DNA of 64,000 bases, from assembly GCA_965198115.1 (NCBI GenBank), contig OZ240241.1:6752001-6816000 (forward strand), in the 5' to 3' direction. Numbering within the stretch: position 1 is the first letter of the stretch; every line of letters starts with the position of its first letter. Source of the stretch: Candidatus Latescibacterota bacterium. Lineage in GTDB: Bacteria > Latescibacterota > UBA2968. The notes below the pieces were generated by a model. It worked only from the letters and a program-made list of their open reading frames with translations, had not been told where the DNA came from and ran no database searches. Both the position numbers and the translations under genes were made by a program. Positions 19,145 to 28,676 of the stretch are shown piece by piece.

Positions 19145-21348
19145 ATGGATGAAACCAAAGTACATCTTCTGATCGTCGAGGACGACAGAGCTCTGAGCGC
19201 AGCGATCGCGCATTGGGCGGACCGGAGAGGACACACGGCTGAACAGGCGACCGATGTCGAAGGGTGTCGAAAGGCGCTTGCCGAAGGCACGTTCGACGTG
19301 GTTTTCGTGGATCTCCGTCTGCCCAGTGGTGCCGACGGTCTCGATCTGGCGGCCGACCTGATTGCGGAGGATCCGGAACGGCCCGTCGTGCTGATGACGG
19401 CCTACGCCGGGCTGGAGAGTGCCCAGCGTGCGGTCGGCGTCGGTATCTTCGAATACGTGACGAAGCCGATCGAATTCGACCATCTTTCCGACGTCGTCGA
19501 TCGTGCCATCGCCCACCGGCGGCGTTTGGTCGCCAACCGGGCGCGGCACGTGAAAGCGTTCGAGACGGCCAACGAGCAGCTGCGCCGGGTGGTCGAGGAT
19601 CTTAGGGAAAAAGAACGCCTTCTGGCTGCCTACGGAGAGGTTGCACGGCTGGCTCTGTCATCGATCGAATTGGACGAGATCATCGACAACGTGGGTCGGC
19701 ACATCGTGCAAGCCGGGATCTTCCGAAGCCTGATGATTGCCCTCGTGGATCAGGATTCCCAGACGGTCGAGGTTGTCCGGAGTCTGGCCAGAATCAGATC
19801 CAGGACGGGGGCGATGACCGCACGTCGACGACCTCCGTCGTGGGCGTCATTTACCGGCTCGACGATCCGAACGCGACGGCAGTGACCGCCCGCACGGGGC
19901 AGATACAGATTGTCGACCACTTCGAAGACGAGCAGGTGGCGACGACCGATCTGTATGAACCGGAATGGAAGAAGAGAGTCACGTATTTCCTACCGATCAA
20001 GGCGGGCGACCGGGTAATGACTGTCCTCGCCACAGCGAGCTCCGCCGACGAAAAGGACGTGATGATCCGGCAGATCGAAATGATGACACCCGTGCTGGAT
20101 CAATTCGCCGTCGCGCTCGATCACGCCCGGCTGTATCGAGATTCTCTCAACTATGGTGCAGCCGTTTCACGCATCAATCGGGAATTGGAACGAGAAATCG
20201 AGGAACGGAAACGTGCCGAAGAGGCGGTTGTTCGGCTGGAACGTCTGGGCGCCCTCGGCGAATTGTCAGCGGGGGTGAGCCATAACCTGAACAACATCCT
20301 GACGGGGGTCCTCGGGCCGGCGGAAATGATCGCTATGATGTCGGAGGATCCGGTCGTGCTACGCGAGGTGGGTCTGATCCAAACGTCGGCACTCCGAGCG
20401 AGGGATCTGGTTGCGCGTCTGCATCAAGCCGTTCGGGGTGAAGCCGATCATCTCGGCCCGATCAATCTGAACAAGACGATCGAGGAAGCCGTGCGGGCGG
20501 GCAGACCGAGGTGGAAGGATGAACCCGAGTCAGAGGGTCGGGAACTTCACGTGCATACGACACTGACACCGGTGCCTGACGTGGCGGCGACGGTCGTCGG
20601 GTTGCACGACATCTTGTTGAATCTGGTGTTCAACGCGGTCGACGCGCTGCCCCGCGGAGGCGACATCTGGATCGAGACAAAGCCGGGCGATCGGGGTGCG
20701 GTCGTTTCCGTTCGCGACAACGGGATCGGGATGACGGCCGACGTGCGTCGTCGGGTGTTCGACCCTTTTTTTACGACGAAGGCACACGTCGGAACGGGGT
20801 TGGGCTTGTCGACGGTCTACGGCCAGGTGACCCGATGGGGTGGGGAGATCAGCGTCGAGAGTCAGCCGGGTGAGGGCACGACTTTCACGATCGCGTTCAG
20901 ACGATGGGAGGGGGTCGCGGAAGAGGCTGCCAAAGTGGAAGACGAGGCGGTCCGCAAACGCGGGCGTATTCTTGTCGTCGAAGATGAAGAAGCCGTGCGT
21001 GAGGTCGTTTCTCGCATGCTGGCGCTTCATCACGATGTTGAGACGGCGAACAACGGCGAGGATGCCCTGGCGAGTTTCGAATCAGGAAAATTCGACGTGG
21101 CGCTGATCGATCTAGGGATGCCGGGTCTGGCCGGCGACAAGGTGGCCGAGAAGTTGAGGGATGTGGATGCATCGCTCTCGACCATTCTGATGACCGGGTG
21201 GAGCTTGTCCAAGGACGACGAGCGCTTGGCCGCTTTCGACGACCACCTGCAAAAGCCATTTACGGAGTTCAACGAACTTCTGAATGTCGTCGGACGAGCG
21301 ATCGCCACGCACGAAACACGAACGGGACAGGAGCCTTCGCAGAACTGA
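19145..21348 (+). CDS. Hybrid sensor kinase REC-GAF-HisKA-HATPase-REC (frameshift near 19795)
   Basis: N-terminal REC; GAF-like segment; GVSHNLNNIL H box; N, G1, F and G2 boxes; C-terminal REC. Confidence 0.92.
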
Positions 21349-21412
21349 CGAGCCTCAACGCGCGTCGAAGGATCGGGCCTCTCCGATTGGATCGGGGGGG
21401 CCCTCGTCGTGG

Positions 21413-22360
21413 TCAGGCGGGAAAGAGACGATGGACGGCGTCGTAGCCATCCCGGTGATTGCGTTCGATGCGGACGGTACTTCTGTTGAGGCGAGAAACG
21501 GTGGGTGTGCGCGCAGGCGTGGCGACGGCGTGGATATAAGGGGAGTGGTCGGGATTCCCGGTGTGCTCGAAGAGATGGTGGAGATCGCCGATGTAGGCCG
21601 ACGGTCGTCTGAGATAGGCGGACTCGAGTTGGGGGTTGAGGCGGCGGAGGTAGGGTCGGGCAATCCACGACTCATATCTGGGTGGGCGACAGTCGGGAAG
21701 ATCGGCGGGGCGTGACAGGAGCACGAGCAGATGCGTGCATCCATCCCGGATCGCCGTGTGATACGGGATCGACTCTACCAGTCCTCCGTCGATGTAGTGC
21801 TCGCCACGAAACGAGACGGGAGGGCCGGCTGCAACCGGAATGCGAGCCGAGGCTTTGAACGCGGTTGCCAGTTCACGGTCGTCGCTGAAGTTGCGGAGGG
21901 CGTGCGAGACGGCTTCTTCGACGTGCGTCGCGACGGCAACGAGGGGGATATCCGACGCCAGGACGTCCGGAAAGGCGAGTGGTTGCTCGTGTCGCATGAC
22001 GTGGTCGACGAGGAAATCGAGAGAAACGACGGGACGAGGGGTAACGAGGCGGCGATAGCTGATGAACCGTCGGTTGCTGATGTTGCGGAAGTAGATGCGA
22101 CTGCCTTCGGTGGCTTGTCCTGTCAGCAGATACGCGCCGTTAATTGCGCCGGCGGACGTGCCGTAGACGACGTCGAAGACGTTCCGTAAACCGAGCGATT
22201 CGAGGGCCGCGGCCATGCCGCCGGTCACGACTCCCCGCATGCCACCGCCCTCGATCACGAGGGCGAGCCGGGCATTGTCATCGCGGGATTGAGGATTGGA
22301 TGCCGAGCGCTTTCGTTCATCGATGAGGGCGAGGACGGGATGAGATCGGTCGGTCGACAC
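21413..22360 (-). CDS. Patatin-like phospholipase
   Basis: EGGGMRG, GTSAG and DGG motifs. Confidence 0.92.
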   Translation of the reverse strand: MSTDRSHPVLALIDERKRSASNPQSRDDNARLALVIEGGGMRGVVTGGMAAALESLGLRNVFDVVYGTSAGAINGAYLLTGQATEGSRIYFRNISNRRFISYRRLVTPRPVVSLDFLVDHVMRHEQPLAFPDVLASDIPLVAVATHVEEAVSHALRNFSDDRELATAFKASARIPVAAGPPVSFRGEHYIDGGLVESIPYHTAIRDGCTHLLVLLSRPADLPDCRPPRYESWIARPYLRRLNPQLESAYLRRPSAYIGDLHHLFEHTGNPDHSPYIHAVATPARTPTVSRLNRSTVRIERNHRDGYDAVHRLFPA

Positions 22361-22405
22361 GGGCCCAAGATATCGGAGGGAGGGTCTCGCGTCCAGGGAT
22401 TCCCT

Positions 22406-22433
22406 TTGACAGGCCCACGGCCGTTTCTATCTT
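22406..22433 (+). promoter_or_regulatory. sigma70 promoter candidate
   Basis: TTGACA-16 nt-TATCTT just upstream of the aldo/keto reductase. Confidence 0.5.
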
Positions 22434-22456
22434 GCCGCGCCACGAGAAGAGATGCC

Positions 22457-23230
22457 GTGAAATCAGTTCAGCTCAAATCGGACAGGACGATCCCCACGAT
22501 CGGAATGGGAACGTGGCCGCTCAAGGGGGCCGCGTGCGTTCGCGCCATCCGTGAGGCCCTGGACATCGGCTATCGTCACCTGGATACGGCGTGGATGTAT
22601 CAGAATCAGGGTGACGTGGGGCAAGCGTTGATCGAGAGTGATGTGTCTCGCGACGATGTGTTCATCACGTCGAAAGTGTGGCGGACCCACCTTCACTACG
22701 ATGGCGTTCTCCAACAGCACGCCGAAACCCTGAGGGATCTGGATGTGTCGAGCGTGGATCTGTTCCTCGTCCACTGGCCGAATAGGACAACGCCGATGGC
22801 GGAGACCTTCCGAGCCATGTCGCGACTCTACGACGAAGGTAGCGCTCGCAGCATCGGGGTAAGCAATTTCGGTGTCGCTCAGCTCGAGGAGGCGATAGCG
22901 ACGTCGTCGGCCCCGATTTGCGTCAATCAGATCCGCTATCATCCGAAGCACCAACAGCGTGACATCCTGGTGTGGTGCCACGCACACGATGTCGCCGTGA
23001 CGGCCTATTCACCGCTCGCCAAAGGTCAGCTGGTTCCCGCCTTGAGTGAGATCGGGTCGAAGATCGGTCGTTCCCCGGCCCAGGTGACATTGCGCTGGCT
23101 GATCGAAGAAGGGCTTGTGGTGATTCCCAAAGCGAGTTCTCGTGCTCATTTGGAGGAAAACTTCGATCTGTTCGGATGGGCGTTGCCCGATGGAGCAAGG
23201 GACGAGATCCGGTCGATCGGCGATCCGTGA
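22457..23230 (+). CDS. Aldo/keto reductase (DkgB-like)
   Basis: GYRHLDTA..Y, TSKVW, LVHWP, IGVSNF, IPKAS. Confidence 0.93.
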   Translation: MKSVQLKSDRTIPTIGMGTWPLKGAACVRAIREALDIGYRHLDTAWMYQNQGDVGQALIESDVSRDDVFITSKVWRTHLHYDGVLQQHAETLRDLDVSSVDLFLVHWPNRTTPMAETFRAMSRLYDEGSARSIGVSNFGVAQLEEAIATSSAPICVNQIRYHPKHQQRDILVWCHAHDVAVTAYSPLAKGQLVPALSEIGSKIGRSPAQVTLRWLIEEGLVVIPKASSRAHLEENFDLFGWALPDGARDEIRSIGDP

Positions 23231-24342
23231 TGTTCGATACGGTCGTCATCGGTGGTGGCATCATCGGTCAATCGGTGGGTTACCACCTGTCGGCGGCGGG
23301 TGGTCGGGTGGCCGTCATCGACAGGCGGGACGAGGGTCGAGCGACCGACGCGGGAGCCGGCATCATTACGCCGGGAGGCGATCCGGCGTCGCACAATCCG
23401 TGGTCACGGTTGGTCGGCGAAGCGGAAGCTTACTATCCGACGCTCGTGGCGGCGCTCGCTCGTGACGGTGCGGAGGACACGGGCTACGAGGTGTGCGGGT
23501 CGATGGTCGTCGCTGTTGACGCGGCCGAGAGGGACGCTTTCGAAGAGGCGAGCGTGGGTGTGGTGTGGGGGGATGGACGCTGCGACAAGGCCGCCGTCGT
23601 GGATCGCGCGCGTGCACGCGAGCTCTTTCCAGCGTTGGATGTGATCGAGGGAGCTCTTTACGAGCCGGCAGGTGCCCGTGTGGACGGTCGGAGACTGGCG
23701 AACGCGCTGGAGCAGTCGGGCGTGGCTCAGGGGCTCGAGGTGCGGCGCGCTTCCGTCGATCGTGTCGAGGTCGAAGGTGGGACAGCGACAGCGGTTGTCG
23801 CGGACGGTGAGGAGCTGACCACGGGCTCCGTCGTCATTGCCGGGGGGGCGTGGTCCGACGCGTTTGGCGAGCAGCTCGGGGTCCGTCTCCCGGTCGGGCC
23901 GATGCGGGGGCAGATCGCGCATCTGGATCTCGGGGAGGTGGACACGTCGGGCTGGGTCATCGTGAGCGGGTTTCGCGGACACTACCTGGTACCGTGGGAC
24001 GACAATCGCGTAGTTGCCGGTGCGACACGGGAGATGGATGCGGGTTATCGGGTAGAGACGACGGTCGAGGGGATGCTCGAGGTGTTGTCCGAAGCGATCC
24101 GCGTCGCACCCGGTCTCCGAGGAGCTCGGGTGAAGGAGTTTCGCGTCGGATTGCGGCCGGCGACGTCCGATGGGTTTCCGATCCTCGGTCCGATTCCGGG
24201 TGTGCCCAACGTCCACGTGGCGACGGGTCACGGACCGATGGGGCTCCACCTGGGACCCTACAGCGGAAAGGTTGTGGCCGATGCGATTCTCGGCGAGAGA
24301 GACGAGACTTTTGCCGTGTTTGGAGTCGAACGATTCGGTTGA
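23230..24342 (+). CDS. FAD-dependent D-amino-acid/glycine oxidase family oxidoreductase
   Basis: IGGGIIG, ATDAGAG, RVGLRP, ATGHG. Confidence 0.9.
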   Translation: MFDTVVIGGGIIGQSVGYHLSAAGGRVAVIDRRDEGRATDAGAGIITPGGDPASHNPWSRLVGEAEAYYPTLVAALARDGAEDTGYEVCGSMVVAVDAAERDAFEEASVGVVWGDGRCDKAAVVDRARARELFPALDVIEGALYEPAGARVDGRRLANALEQSGVAQGLEVRRASVDRVEVEGGTATAVVADGEELTTGSVVIAGGAWSDAFGEQLGVRLPVGPMRGQIAHLDLGEVDTSGWVIVSGFRGHYLVPWDDNRVVAGATREMDAGYRVETTVEGMLEVLSEAIRVAPGLRGARVKEFRVGLRPATSDGFPILGPIPGVPNVHVATGHGPMGLHLGPYSGKVVADAILGERDETFAVFGVERFG

Positions 24343-24356
24343 TGCGACGAGACAGC

Positions 24357-24383
24357 CACTGAGATCACTGAGGACACAGAGGT
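24357..24383 (+). repeat. Short intergenic tandem repeat with 9-bp period
   Basis: CACTGAGAT-CACTGAGGA-CACAGAGGT. Confidence 0.6.
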
Positions 24384-24450
24384 GGTGGAACAAAGTTCCA
24401 ATGACCACCGCGGTACCAAGGTCTTTGACGTAGCAAAGTGAGGTGAAGTG

Positions 24451-25461
24451 ATGGAGTACCGAAAACTCGGGCGAAGTGGGGTGAAGGTTTCGGAGGTCTG
24501 TCTGGGGACGATGACGTTCGGGAAGGAGACGGACGAGGCTGAATCCAAACGGATGGTCGATCTGGCGTTGGACGCGGGTATCAATTTTGTGGACACCGCG
24601 AACTCCTACACGGATTCGCGATCGGAGGTCTTCACGGGCAAGGCCCTCAAAGGGCGACGCGACGAGGTGGTCGTGGCGACGAAGTTTTACAACCCGATGG
24701 GGAAGGGCCCGAACGATTCGGGCATGTCCCGTTACCACATCATGAATGCAATCGAAGCCAGTCTGACGCGCATGGACCTGGATCACATCGATGTCTATTA
24801 CATCCACCACGTCGATCGACAAACGCCGATCGAGGAAATGTTGCGTGCGCTCGATGACCTGGTCCATCAGGGCAAGGTGCGGTACATCGCGTGCAGCAAT
24901 TACGAAGCGTGGCGGCTGATGGAAGCGCTCTGGATCAGCGACGCCAACGGTCTGGCCAGGTTCGCCTGTTACCAACCGCAATACAGTCTGGGTTGTCGGG
25001 ACATAGAGATCGATCTGGTGCCTGCCTGCCAGTACAAGGGTGTAGGCATCGTCACCTGGGGACCGCTCGGTGGTGGATTCTTTTCCGGGAAATACAAACC
25101 GGGTGAGCGCTCTCTGGCCGGCACACGGTCTGAAGGTGGCCAGATTGGAAATCACTTCGCACCGAACGTGGATGAGACCTTGGAGGTTCTGCTGGAAGTG
25201 GCAAAAGAGGTCAACAAGAGCCCAGCCCAGACGGCCATTCGCTGGATTCTCGAACAACAGCACATCACGTCCGTGTTGCTCGGCGCTAGGACGGTCGCCC
25301 ACTTCGAAGACAACGTGCGAGCAACGACCTGGCTGATGCCGGATGAGGCGCTACAGCGGTTGAACGAGGTGTCGGCTCCCGCACCGAAGTATCCCGAACG
25401 GATGGAGAATCCGCGGGATGTGCAACGGCTGAGTGCGATCGACATGCCCTCGCTGAGCTGA
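24451..25461 (+). CDS. Aldo/keto reductase
   Basis: CLGTMTFG, DTANSY, ATKF, YQPQYSL. Confidence 0.93.
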   Translation: MEYRKLGRSGVKVSEVCLGTMTFGKETDEAESKRMVDLALDAGINFVDTANSYTDSRSEVFTGKALKGRRDEVVVATKFYNPMGKGPNDSGMSRYHIMNAIEASLTRMDLDHIDVYYIHHVDRQTPIEEMLRALDDLVHQGKVRYIACSNYEAWRLMEALWISDANGLARFACYQPQYSLGCRDIEIDLVPACQYKGVGIVTWGPLGGGFFSGKYKPGERSLAGTRSEGGQIGNHFAPNVDETLEVLLEVAKEVNKSPAQTAIRWILEQQHITSVLLGARTVAHFEDNVRATTWLMPDEALQRLNEVSAPAPKYPERMENPRDVQRLSAIDMPSLS

Positions 25462-25463
25462 TA

Positions 25464-25566
25464 GGTTCCAGGCAGAGCCTGGGAACCAGGAGGTCGTCTT
25501 AGCGATAGGGTCGGTATTCCCTCTGCGCGGGATCATATCCTCGTTCCCGGGCTCTGCCTGGGAACG
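25464..25566. repeat. Inverted pair of REP-like palindromes
   Basis: GGTTCCAGGCAGAGCCTGGGAACCAGG (25464-25490) and CCTCGTTCCCGGGCTCTGCCTGGGAACG (25539-25566) are each palindromic and mutually inverted. Confidence 0.8.
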
Positions 25567-25581
25567 CACAAGGCAGCTCGT

Positions 25582-25610
25582 TTGCGCGCGTTCTGAGGCG
25601 ATCCTATATT
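25582..25610 (+). promoter_or_regulatory. sigma70 promoter candidate for the CDGSH gene
   Basis: TTGCGC-17 nt-TATATT. Confidence 0.45.
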
Positions 25611-25643
25611 GGCGCGCACTTTGATCACTACAAGGAGGAATCG

Positions 25644-25847
25644 ATAGCTGACATTTCCGTACAGGTTCTGGACAATGGGCCGCTGCTCGTGATGGGTGTA
25701 TTCGAGCTTCAAGACGGATCCGGCAGCGCGATGACGAAGGAAGAGGGGCGACCCGTCGCTTTGTGTCGGTGTGGCCAATCCAGCGACAAGCCCTTCTGCG
25801 ACGGGACACACAAGGAATGTGGATTCTCGTCCTCGGTGAAGGCCTGA
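25644..25847 (+). CDS. CDGSH iron-sulfur domain protein (67 aa; ATA at the start position; absent from the ORF track)
   Basis: AAGGAGG RBS; translation contains DNGPLLV and [18 protein letters not shown]. Confidence 0.9.
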   Translation: MADISVQVLDNGPLLVMGVFELQDGSGSAMTKEEGRPVALCRCGQSSDKPFCDGTHKECGFSSSVKA

Positions 25848-25866
25848 CGGATCCTGATTTTAGTTC

Positions 25867-25900
25867 ACCCTCGGAAGCTCTGGTTTCCGGGGTTTTTTTT
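25867..25900 (+). terminator. Rho-independent terminator
   Basis: CCTCGGAAGC-tctg-GTTTCCGGGG followed by T8. Confidence 0.8.
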
Positions 25901-25918
25901 GATTCGAGGAGTGCTATC

Positions 25919-26407
25919 GTGGCGACCGACAAGACAACCGACTTGCTTGATGAGAACGAAGAGAACGACGCTATCCAGGTGGTCCGTCCCGTGTTCCGTG
26001 ATTACGGTGGCCGCAAGCGGTTCAGCGGGCCTATCGAGACCGTTCGCGTGAACGAGGACAATGTATTGGTGCGAAGCACGTTGGAAGGGCCTGGAGAAGG
26101 CAGAGTGCTAGTGGTCGACGGTGGTGGATCGACGTGGTGCGCGCTGATCGGAGACATGGTGGCGCAGATTGCAGCCGACAACGGATGGTCGGGGATCATC
26201 GTTAATGGATGCATCAGGGATGCAGTCGATATTGCGAAGATCGACGTTGGACTGAAAGCACTCGCCACGTGCCCTCGACGGAGCCGGAAGGAAGGGAAAG
26301 GTGTCGTCGGTGTGGCCGTGTCGTTTGCCAGCACGACGTTTCGGCCAGGCGACTACGCCTACGCTGATGAGGACGGCATTGTCGTTTCACCGGACGCGCT
26401 TCTATGA
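25919..26407 (+). CDS. rraA: RraA-family protein (RNase E regulator / HMG-aldolase-like)
   Basis: [36 protein letters not shown]. Confidence 0.92.
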   Translation: MATDKTTDLLDENEENDAIQVVRPVFRDYGGRKRFSGPIETVRVNEDNVLVRSTLEGPGEGRVLVVDGGGSTWCALIGDMVAQIAADNGWSGIIVNGCIRDAVDIAKIDVGLKALATCPRRSRKEGKGVVGVAVSFASTTFRPGDYAYADEDGIVVSPDALL

Positions 26408-26414
26408 GGCATTC

Positions 26415-26768
26415 GTGGATTTCGTGACGAAGCGAGTTTACGATGACCCTGGGCCAGAGGATGGAGTTCGGATCCTCGTGGACGGTCTGTGGCCCAGGGG
26501 GATGAAGAAGGAGAAGGCGCCGATCGATCTGTGGTTAAAGGAGGTGGCTCCGAGCGCAGACGTGCGGAACGCTTTCCGCGATGCTCCTGACCGCTGGGAC
26601 ACCTTCGTCAAGGCGTATCACAAGGAGCTCGACGTCAACGAGCAGATCGTTAACCAGTTGCTCGAAGTCGCCAAGAAAGGGCGCGTGACCCTGCTCTATG
26701 CAAAGAAGGACACGGAACACAACAACGCGGTAGCCCTACAGCGCTACCTCGCATCTAGAGGGAGATGA
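26415..26768 (+). CDS. DUF488 (YeaO-like) protein
   Basis: KRVYD, DG.RILVD.LWPRG, KEVAPS, TLLY, HNNAV. Confidence 0.9.
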   Translation: MDFVTKRVYDDPGPEDGVRILVDGLWPRGMKKEKAPIDLWLKEVAPSADVRNAFRDAPDRWDTFVKAYHKELDVNEQIVNQLLEVAKKGRVTLLYAKKDTEHNNAVALQRYLASRGR

Positions 26769-26771
26769 TCC

Positions 26772-27206
26772 ATGAATCTGTTCTTCGGCGGTGTCGCCAT
26801 TCGATCGACGTTCGGGAACATCGGACTGCTGATTCTGCGTGCGTTTTCCGGGCTGGCCCTGGCATTCGGGCACGGGATTCGAAAAATCCCCCCCTCGGAG
26901 CGATTCATCGAGGACGTCAGCAACCTGGGGTTTCCCCTGCCCACGTTGTTTGCCTGGGCGGCTGGCACGTCGGAGCTCCTCGGTGGCGTCTTTCTTGCAG
27001 CCGGATTCATGACCAGGCCGGCGGCCTTCTTCGTCGCGTTTACGATGGCCGTGGCTGCTTTCATCCGTCACGCGGCCGATCCGTTCAGCGGGAAGGAGAA
27101 GGCGATGTTGTTTCTCTGCATTGCCATCTTCTACTTCTTCGTCGGCGCCGGCCGCTTTTCGATCGATGGAGTCATCCGCAAACAAGACGATATCCTGGAG
27201 GAATGA
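26772..27206 (+). CDS. DoxX-family membrane protein
   Basis: LLILR, HG..K, E..GG..L..G..TR, GAGRFSID. Confidence 0.9.
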   Translation: MNLFFGGVAIRSTFGNIGLLILRAFSGLALAFGHGIRKIPPSERFIEDVSNLGFPLPTLFAWAAGTSELLGGVFLAAGFMTRPAAFFVAFTMAVAAFIRHAADPFSGKEKAMLFLCIAIFYFFVGAGRFSIDGVIRKQDDILEE

Positions 27207-27271
27207 GGCCGGCTATCCGGTTTTTCAAGGCCAGAGCAAGGCTGGTGTGATCAATAGAGTCGAGAAAGGAC

Positions 27272-27685
27272 ATGGACGGTGGGAGCAGCCTCTGGCTGCG
27301 AACAGCTCGCTCGCGCGGACTCTACTTCGTGCTGGCTCTTTGTCTGATCCCTATTGGACTTGGAACCCGAGCCGGTAATTCGACCGGATGGTTGAACAAT
27401 TATGGTGGAGGGGTCGTTTACGTCCTGTTCTGGTGTTTCGCTTCGAGGCTGGTATGGGTCCTGGCTCCCTCGCAACGAATCGCGTTGGGGGTCTTTGCCG
27501 CGACGTGTGGGGTCGAGTTTCTACAGCTCTGGCATCCCGCCTGGCTGGAAGTGCTCCGATCGACGACAATCGGATCGATGCTGTTTGGAAGCGTCTTCGA
27601 TCCACTCGATTTTCTTCACTCCGGTATCGCGGCTGCTGGTGGTTTTCTGATACTTCGATGGCTTGAACGTCCAAGAGGGGTCTGA
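27272..27685 (+). CDS. DUF2809-like membrane protein
   Basis: VEFLQLWHP..L..LRST..G..L.G..F...D motif. Confidence 0.8.
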   Translation: MDGGSSLWLRTARSRGLYFVLALCLIPIGLGTRAGNSTGWLNNYGGGVVYVLFWCFASRLVWVLAPSQRIALGVFAATCGVEFLQLWHPAWLEVLRSTTIGSMLFGSVFDPLDFLHSGIAAAGGFLILRWLERPRGV

Positions 27686-27686
27686 C

Positions 27687-28676
27687 GTGGAATATCGACA
27701 GTTGGGCACGAGTGGAATCGAGGTCAGTGTGATGGCGTTGGGATGCTGGCCCTTTGCCGGGGGCAGCACCTGGGGTGACCAGGATGATGACGTCTCTATC
27801 ACGACTGTTCACGCGGCGCTCGATGCTGGAATCACGTTCTTCGATACAGCCGAGGGTTACGGGGAAGGTCATTCGGAGCGAGTGCTGGGTGAGGGGTTGA
27901 AAGGGCGGCGTCACGAAGCGATCATTGCGACGAAAGTCAGCAGCGGGAATCTCTCCCCGGCAAAGATCCCCGATGCGTGTGAACAGAGCTTGAAGAATCT
28001 GCAGACGGATGTGATCGATCTGTATCAAATCCATTGGCCGAATCACGAGGTCCCGATCGAAGAGAGCTGGCACGCCCTCGAGAACCTAAAGACGCAGGGA
28101 AAAGTACGCGCCCTGGGTGTCTGCAACTTTGCGGTTCAGGATATGGGCGACCTGCTGCCCTACGGTCACTGTGAGACGGATCAGCTTCCTTACAACATGC
28201 TATGGAGGCCGATCGAACACGAGATCCAGCCGCTGTGCGTGGAAAATGATGTTGGCCTGATCTGTTACAGCTCCCTGGCGCAAGGTCTGTTGACGGGCCG
28301 CTACAACACGGCGGACGATGTGCCTGAAGGGCTGTCGCGATCACGTTTGTTTTCGTCCGATCGACCTCTGGCCAAACACGGCGAGGAGGGGTGCGAGCAG
28401 CTGGTGTTCGAGGCGATCCAACGTGTGCGCGAAGTAGCCGAGGGACTGGGCCACTCGATGGCGGCAGTGGCCTTTGCCTGGGTCGCCCAGCAGGCGGGAG
28501 TCACTTCACTGCTGGTCGGGTCGCGTAGCCCCGACGAGCTGGCGCTCAACCTGCCGTCGCTCGACGTACATCTCGACGACGATGTCGTTGCCACGCTGAA
28601 TGAGGCGACGCAGCCGGTGAGAGATCACCTTGGCACGAGTGCTGACATGTGGGTGACGCCATCGCGGATGCGGTAG
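27687..28676 (+). CDS. Aldo/keto reductase
   Basis: LGCW, FDTAEGYG, ATKV, YQIHWP, YSSLAQGLLTG. Confidence 0.93.
   Translation: MEYRQLGTSGIEVSVMALGCWPFAGGSTWGDQDDDVSITTVHAALDAGITFFDTAEGYGEGHSERVLGEGLKGRRHEAIIATKVSSGNLSPAKIPDACEQSLKNLQTDVIDLYQIHWPNHEVPIEESWHALENLKTQGKVRALGVCNFAVQDMGDLLPYGHCETDQLPYNMLWRPIEHEIQPLCVENDVGLICYSSLAQGLLTGRYNTADDVPEGLSRSRLFSSDRPLAKHGEEGCEQLVFEAIQRVREVAEGLGHSMAAVAFAWVAQQAGVTSLLVGSRSPDELALNLPSLDVHLDDDVVATLNEATQPVRDHLGTSADMWVTPSRMR

Noticed and set aside
21413-22360. Patatin as a CBASS or other defence effector
   Set aside because: No cyclase or other defence gene is adjacent; the neighbours are metabolic and signalling genes.
23404-25302. 632-aa minus-strand ORF and other long antisense ORFs (e.g. 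7851-8924, 13335-14390, 51365-52420)
   Set aside because: They are shadows or alternative frames of well-supported genes, expected in GC-rich DNA, and carry no motifs.
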